This document shows, in pieces, positions 50,507-57,485 of a stretch of DNA of 57,485 nt. Within the stretch, counting starts at the first letter, position 1. Each line of letters opens with the position of its first letter. The stretch spans positions 1 to 57,485 of the forward strand of contig NW_021833006.1 in NCBI RefSeq assembly GCF_006345805.1. The letters are read 5' to 3'. Source of the stretch: Octopus sinensis (Eukaryota). The translations under genes and the position numbers were made by a program. Below the pieces are notes generated by a model that made no database searches, had not been told where the DNA came from, and saw only the letters and a program-made list of their open reading frames with translations.

Positions 50507-51110
50507 CTGTGTGTATGTATGTCTGTGTGTATGTATATGTTTGTATGTATGTCTGTGTGTATGTATATGTGTGTATGTATGTCTGTATGTATGTATATGT
50601 GTGTATGTATGCATATATGTATGTGTGTGTGTGTGTATGCATATATGTATGTGTGTGTGTGTATGCATATATGTATGTGTGTGTGTGTATGCATATATGT
50701 ATGTGTGTGTGTATGCATATATGTATGTGTGTGTGTATGCATATATTTATGTGTGTGTATGTATGCGTATATGTATGTGTGCGTGTATGTATGCGTATAT
50801 GTATGTATGCGTATATGTATGTGTGTGTGTATGTATGCATATATGTAGGTGTGTGTATGTATATATGTATGTGTGTGTGTATGTATATATGTATGTATGT
50901 GTGTGTGTGTATGTATATATGTATGTATGTGTGTGTATGTATGCATATATGTATGTATGTGTGTGTGTATGTATGCATATATGTATGTGTGTGTGTATGT
51001 ATGCATATATGTATGTATGTGTGTGTATGTACGCATATATGTATGTGTGTGTATATATATGTGTATGTACATATATGTGGTGTGTGTGTGTGTGTGTGTG
51101 TGCGTGTGAA
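50230..51110. repeat. (TA)n and TATG/TG compound microsatellite
   Basis: Direct reading. Confidence 0.93.
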
Positions 51111-51535
51111 GGAAAGAGAGGGAGCTACATCGAAACCAGACATACATTTATACGTACGTATGTCTGTGTTCCCAAAACCATCCTACTCGCCGAGCTGACT
51201 CTGTGGGGGAGGTCACTGATTTTGTCGCTGATGGCTCGTCATTGTGTGAAAAGCTTCCGATGAATTTCAGCACCTGACACACATACTACCTTCAAAGCTA
51301 AAAGATTATTGTTCCTGAACGTTGTTTCTTCTTTTTTATTTTTTTGTCTACCACAGACTGCTCGAAACTTACAAACTTCCGACCCCTGTCCTTATTTTTC
51401 GTTAAGCCCGGTTCTTATTCCATCGGTCTATTTTGCCGAACAGCTATGTTACGGGGATGTAAACACGCCAGCATCGGTTGTCAAGCGATGTTGGGGAGAC
51501 ACAGACAAACATATACACATACATACATATATATA

Positions 51536-51567
<32 letters not shown>

Positions 51568-51619
51568 TAATAATTTTGGTGTGATATTAATTATATTTTT
51601 TTATAATTTTGTCTCTAAT

Positions 51620-51713
<94 letters not shown>

Positions 51714-51739
51714 GTTGTAGACTGTCAATCTAACACGAA

Positions 51740-51960
51740 TGTGACAGTAGGGGGGTACACCACCGTTGTATAGCCCTAGGAAGCACCGACGCCTCCTGAT
51801 GGCTTTGACACATTTTTCCTGTGTCCTTATATACATTTACGAAGGGGAGACAAACACCCCCAGCCGCCCGGGCTGCATCTAGGGACACGTGTTTCAGGAT
51901 GATTGTCCTTCGTCGGCCTAGACTAGCAGACACCGGTCAGCTGACGATATTTGTCTCGAC
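51740..51960 (-). mobile_element. Hammerhead-bearing repeat homologous to 15548-15796, nested in SINE-B
   Basis: Colinear similarity as described for 15548-15796. Confidence 0.65.
51878..51922 (-). ncRNA. Minimal type I hammerhead ribozyme with all three stems intact and a U4C core
   Basis: Minus strand: UCUAGG-CCGACGA-AGGA(CAAUCA)UCCU-GAAAC-ACGU-GUC-CCUAGA. Stem I is 6/6, stem II is 4/4, stem III is the palindrome ACACGUGU; cleavage triplet GUC. Confidence 0.8.
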
Positions 51961-52012
51961 TCGCAATGTATATATCTAAGTTTCAGTGAAATCTAAATCT
52001 AATCTATTTCTG

Positions 52013-52043
<31 letters not shown>

Positions 52044-52297
52044 ACGACGGGCTTCTTTCAGTTTCTGTCTACCAAATCCACTCACAAGGCTTTGGTCGAC
52101 CCGAAAATATAGCAGAAGACACTTGCACAAGGTGCCACGCAGTAGAACTGAACGCTGAACCACGTAGTTGGTAAGCAAGCCACTTACCACACAGCCACTC
52201 TTGCGCATAATGTGTATATATTTATGTGTATTTGTATGTATATATATATATATATCAAATGAAATAAAATGAAAAGCAGGACACAAAGGATGTTGCA

Positions 52298-52349
<52 letters not shown>

Positions 52350-52630
52350 TATATATATATTAGTGTGTGCGTTGGGCTGGGCACATTTTCCCGTCTGCCC
52401 GATTTCATTCCCGAAACTCTTTGTTGGAAGTTGAGTAAAGATCGAACAACCACATATACGGCATCGGTGTCACCCTCCAATGCACTTACTCTCACTATAC
52501 ACACACACACAAACACACACAAACACACACTCACTCACGTCAAAAATTAATACTAAACGGTCAGGATCAAAAATGGTTTGAAGGATTATATATATATATG
52601 TATACATACATACATATCTGCATCGATTTA

Positions 52631-52659
<29 letters not shown>

Positions 52660-52662
<3 letters not shown>

Positions 52663-53039
52663 CATCATTTTATATATAGACACACATATATACATCATTT
52701 TATATATATAGACACACATATATACATCATTTTATGTATATAGACACACATATATACATCATTTTATATATATAGACACACATATATACATCATTTTATA
52801 TATATATAGACACACATATATACATCATTTTATATATATAGATACACATATATACATCATTTTATATATATAGATACACATATATACATCATTTTATATA
52901 GACACACATATATACATCATTTTATATATATAGACAAACATATATACATCATTTTATATATATAGACACACATATATACATCATTTTATATATATAGACA
53001 CACATATATACATTATTTTATGTACATATATATACATCA

Positions 53040-53078
<39 letters not shown>

Positions 53079-53311
53079 CATACATATACATCAATTTATA
53101 TATATATACATGTATATACATCAATTTGTATATATACATATACATACATCAATTTGTATATATACATATACATACATATACATCAATTTGTATATATACA
53201 TATTCATCAATTTATATATACATCAACTTAAATATATATACATCAATTTACATATATATACATATATACATCAGTTTATAAATACATATACATATATCAA
53301 TTCATATATAT

Positions 53312-53340
<29 letters not shown>
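52660..53340. repeat. ~32-bp minisatellite (TATATACATCATTTTATATATATAGACACACA), grading into CATCAATTT-type units
   Basis: About 11-12 copies to ~53020, then a derived unit. Confidence 0.92.
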
Positions 53341-53344
<4 letters not shown>

Positions 53345-53976
53345 CACCACACACATATATATACATCAATTTGTTTCCTAATATCGTTTATCTTAATATT
53401 TTTAGAAGTCTATTTATGAGATCAGTTTGATTCGGGTTTTATTTTCTCATGGGTTATATTTTTTTATATTTCTTATTTTAATATAGTTGATTTTTTTTTC
53501 GCTGTATGTATGTATGTGTGATATCATCTATTTGATATTTTATACAAAATTATATTTTATTATTATGATATCCACCATCTGATATGTTTTTTTGTAGTTT
53601 CGTCTATGAAATCGTTTGTACAATACTATTAACATAAATTTATTATCATCATTATTATTATTATTATTATTATCATTATTATTATTATTATCATTATTAT
53701 TATTATTATTATCATCATCATCATATTTTCGTAATATTGACCATGTGATATATCTGTTATCACATATTGGATGTTTTCATAATATTATCCATGTGATGAG
53801 GTATTTTCGTTTTTTGTTTGTTAATTTTAATTTTATCTTTTATTTATTTATTTATTGTCTTTCGTTTTAATTTCTTTTTTGGCGTTTTCAACAATATTTA
53901 TGAAATGGTTTGTATTGTAATCCAAGTGATCTTTCTTTTCTTGTAATCTCGAATGTTTTATATATATATATATATA

Positions 53977-54375
53977 GGCGTAGGAGTAGCTGTGTGGTAA
54001 GTAGCTTGCTTACCAACCACATGGTTCCGGATTCAGTCCCACTGCGTGGCAGCTTGGGTAGGTGTCTTCTATATCCCTGGGCCGACCAAAGCCTTAAGAG
54101 TGGACTTGGTAGACGGAAACTGAAAGAAGCCAGTCGAATATATGTATGTGTGTGTATATGTTTGTGTGTCTGTGCTTGTCCCCCAACATGGCTTGACAAC
54201 CGATGTTGGTGTGTTTACGTCCCTGTAACTTAGCGGTTCAGCAAAAGAGAACGATAATATAAATACTAGGCTTACAAAGAATAAGTCCTGGGGTTGATTT
54301 ACTCGACTAAAGGTGGTGCTCCAGCTTGGTCGCAGTCAAATGACTGAAACAAGTAAAAAATATAGAGTAAAAGAG
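53977..54375 (+). mobile_element. SINE-B, full-length reference-like copy (tRNA head, CORE-like segment)
   Basis: A-box-like AGCTGTGTGGTAAG, B-box-like GGATTCAGTCCC, internal TG/TA spacer, TAAAAGAG tail. Confidence 0.95.
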
Positions 54376-54434
54376 TACATACACACACATACATACATAT
54401 ATATGTGTAACCACACACATTCGCACAATGTGGG

Positions 54435-54752
54435 ATAAAGAATCCCTTCGGTCATGAATGATTGTACCTAGAATGTCCCCCGTCCGGATAAGGTTATTTG
54501 TGGAAGACCAGCAAATTCCCATGCATACCGGTCTCCCTTCTCTACGCCATCGATGTTGTCCAAGGGAAAGGCATTAGGGCCGATACAGCTTGGCACCAGT
54601 GACATCACAACTCATTTCTACAGCTGAGTGAACTGGAGCAACGTGAAAATAAAGTGTCTTGCTCAAGAACACAACACGCAGCTCGGTCTTGGAATCGAAC
54701 TCACAAAACCACGATTGTAAGCCCGACGCTCTAACCAGTGAGCCATCCACTT
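54435..54752 (-). mobile_element. SINE-D: tRNA-headed, CORE-like SINE
   Basis: Minus strand has TGGCTCACTGGTTAG (A-box), GAGTTCGATTCC (B-box) and GTTCTTGAGCAAGACACTT...CTCAGCTGTAGAAATGAGT (CORE-like). Confidence 0.8.
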
Positions 54753-55338
54753 ATAGATGTGTGTGTGTGTGTGTTTGTGTGTACATATATATATCCACCA
54801 TGCCCACCACCAATAATATCAGGAACAGTAATACTACAATTTGCACATTAACCTCACCATCGGCTCCATCGATTTCACAAGAAATACCCCAGAAATCATG
54901 ACCACCACTAGCACCACCACCACCACCCTGATCAACATCACAACAACCAATATCAGCTTTATATTACCACCTCCTAAACTCAACAGCAACCACCAACAAC
55001 TTACTGACCACCTCCAAAAAAGACCATCGCCATCTTCACAATCACCACCACTACTACCACCATTATTATCATTATCATCACTCTTCCCGCCATCCCTAAC
55101 ATCATTTCACAACCACCACCTCTTTAACCACTACCGTCGCCACCACCACCACACTTAGACATATACACACACACGACAATGTCTCATAGATAGTCCAGAC
55201 ACGAAGGATTATTTCTATGAATGAGTTGTCATCCAACAGAGATTAGCAAATCTAATCGACCATTTTAGGTCGATATATCACTTCAGTGTATGTGTATATA
55301 TATATGTGTGTATATATATGTGTGTATATATATGTGTG

Positions 55339-55373
<35 letters not shown>

Positions 55374-55863
55374 GCACGCCGCACATACATACGTGTATGA
55401 CGGCTGTCATTTTGTATTCGTTCAATCAAATGACAGGTAACATTGTTTGCTAATCTGTTCTGCTGTCTGGCTTTATGCCTGTCTGTCTGTCTGTCAGTGT
55501 AGATATTTGTACATATGTATATACATATGTATATACATATGTACGTAACTAGGTCTTGCTCTCTGGTTGTCTGTCAGAAGACGTGCAGGAAACTAAGTGT
55601 AAGTATGCGTGCGTATGTATGTATGTATGTATGTATGTATGTATGTGTGTATGTATGTATGTATGTATGTATGTATGTATACATACATACATACATTCTT
55701 CATCAGTGTGTGTGTGCGTATATGTATTTAGGTATGTATTGTCATCCATCTACAGGTATGTAGATGTGTCTTGAAGTAAAACTGGGCAGGTCGTTTTTTT
55801 TTCGATATACATACAAATTATCAATGTTTATATGTATACATGTATGTATGTGTGTGTGTGTGT

Positions 55864-55897
<34 letters not shown>

Positions 55898-56007
55898 CAG
55901 ATAGATACTTATAACTCAAATATATTGTGTATACAAACTATATATATATATATCTTGTAGAGATATGGATATATATACACACATAAATTTAGATAGACAT
56001 ATATATA

Positions 56008-56042
<35 letters not shown>

Positions 56043-56262
56043 AACATATATACACGCACTCAAATTTAGACATATATATACATATACAAGCAAATTTAGG
56101 CATACACACATATTTAAATATATATACTTATATATATACACACACATATAAACACATTTAGACATACACACACACATTTAGACATATACACACACACACA
56201 CATTTAGACATATACACACACACCACATTTAGACAAATACACACACAAACTTAGACACATAT

Positions 56263-56294
<32 letters not shown>

Positions 56295-56363
56295 GCTCAC
56301 ACAGCTATGTTTATAGAGGGATGTTTATATCTTTATACGTATGTGTGTTTGTGTATTGTATGA

Positions 56364-56395
<32 letters not shown>

Positions 56396-56644
56396 TTAAA
56401 TTTCATTCGTGTATTTCTTTCTCGAAATTCTTGACGTGAGATGGCGTTGAAACAAAGGTGTCTTCGGAAGATAATTGAGCCAATGAACACTCTTCTGGTG
56501 TTCCTGACCTGTCACCAAGAATACCCCGGGGGTACACATCAGTGATGAGGTGGCGATTGGCGACAAAAGAACACCGACAGGCCAAAATGATTGATTGATG
56601 ATCAAACAAGTAATGAAGTAGTCGATTTGTTAATTACTTCATTT

Positions 56645-56800
56645 GCAACGTGACTGTTTGGTAAGATTTCTTCCCTAGAGTTCAGTCCCGCAGCTCGGCA
56701 TCTTGGTCAAGTGTCTTCTATTATAGTCTTGGGCCGACTAAACCCTTGGGAGTAGACTTGTTAGACGAAATCTGAAAGAAGCTTGGCGTGTGTGGTGTGC

Positions 56801-56850
<50 letters not shown>

Positions 56851-57099
56851 TATATATAGCCCGTCGTATATATGTATTTATAATATATAATAATATATAA
56901 TAATATATATGTCTGTGTGTGTCTGTGTTTGTCCCCAATATCGCTTGACAACCGATGCTGGTGTGTTTACATCCCCGTACGGCAAAAGACACCGATAGAA
57001 TAAGTACTAAGCTTACAGAATAGTCCTAGGGTCGATTTGCTCGACTAAAGGCGGTGCTCAAGCATGGCCACATTCAAATGACTGAAACAAGTAAAAGAG
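56645..57099 (+). mobile_element. SINE-B with an expanded internal (TA)n
   Basis: Diverged head, ~140-bp microsatellite spacer, well-conserved 3' half. Confidence 0.88.
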
Positions 57100-57107
57100 T
57101 ATATATA

Positions 57108-57164
<57 letters not shown>

Positions 57165-57485
57165 AGTGGTATCAGAAAAGAGGAATTTCGATTATCCCCA
57201 CGTGGTGGGTCGTAATGTATATAAGAAATGTATATAAGGTCTACTTGTGAAGTCATTCACTCGTGAATTTCATTACACACAACATGGACCAAATTTCTTC
57301 ATAAGAAAAAAGATATATTCTAATAAATAAAACATAATATCATGAATAGCGATAGCGAAACCGGTCGATATATTAAAAATTATATTAAAACCATGTAAGT
57401 GTACGTATTTTCCTTTTTTAATTTCTTATATATATTATATATATATACATACGCACACATATGTATACACACGCAACCACACATA

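Larger units (their letters stand above)
51360..52207 (-). mobile_element. SINE-B split by an expanded microsatellite and a nested insertion
   Basis: 3' half at ~51360-51510 and head at ~52045-52207 are separated by ~530 bp. Confidence 0.85.

Noticed and set aside
14790-54752. tRNA-like A/B-box heads as tRNA genes
   Set aside because: They do not form complete cloverleaves and continue into SINE bodies.
56396-56609. Natural-looking 68-69 aa minus-strand ORFs
   Set aside because: No recognisable domain and no convincing splice acceptor/donor pair.

Overview
Eukaryotic, AT-rich, extremely microsatellite-dense intronic or intergenic DNA. It is most likely from a cephalopod (Octopus); this is inferred from recalled resemblance of the SINEs and the repeat load, not from a database search. 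I can support no intact protein-coding gene. Nearly all ORF-track entries are translations of simple repeats. The window contains: (i) at least four tRNA-headed SINE families (called SINE-A to -D here), about 35 copies in total; (ii) four mariner transposase relics; (iii) several MITEs (piggyBac-like TTAA, pogo/Tigger-like TA, and a ~425-bp GGGATC-terminated family in two copies); (iv) a decayed Penelope-like (PLE) reverse transcriptase with a GIYRDDG motif on the minus strand at ~22 kb; (v) several minimal type I hammerhead ribozyme motifs of the PLE kind; (vi) mini- and microsatellites, including a 46 x 29-bp GC-rich array with a 13-unit higher-order duplication. Two signals stand out. First, a pair of homologous hammerheads (15.7 kb and 51.9 kb) show compensatory changes in stems I and III and both carry a non-canonical U4C core. 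Second, SINE-A forms exact 184-nt head-to-tail multimers with the same junction at seven separate loci.
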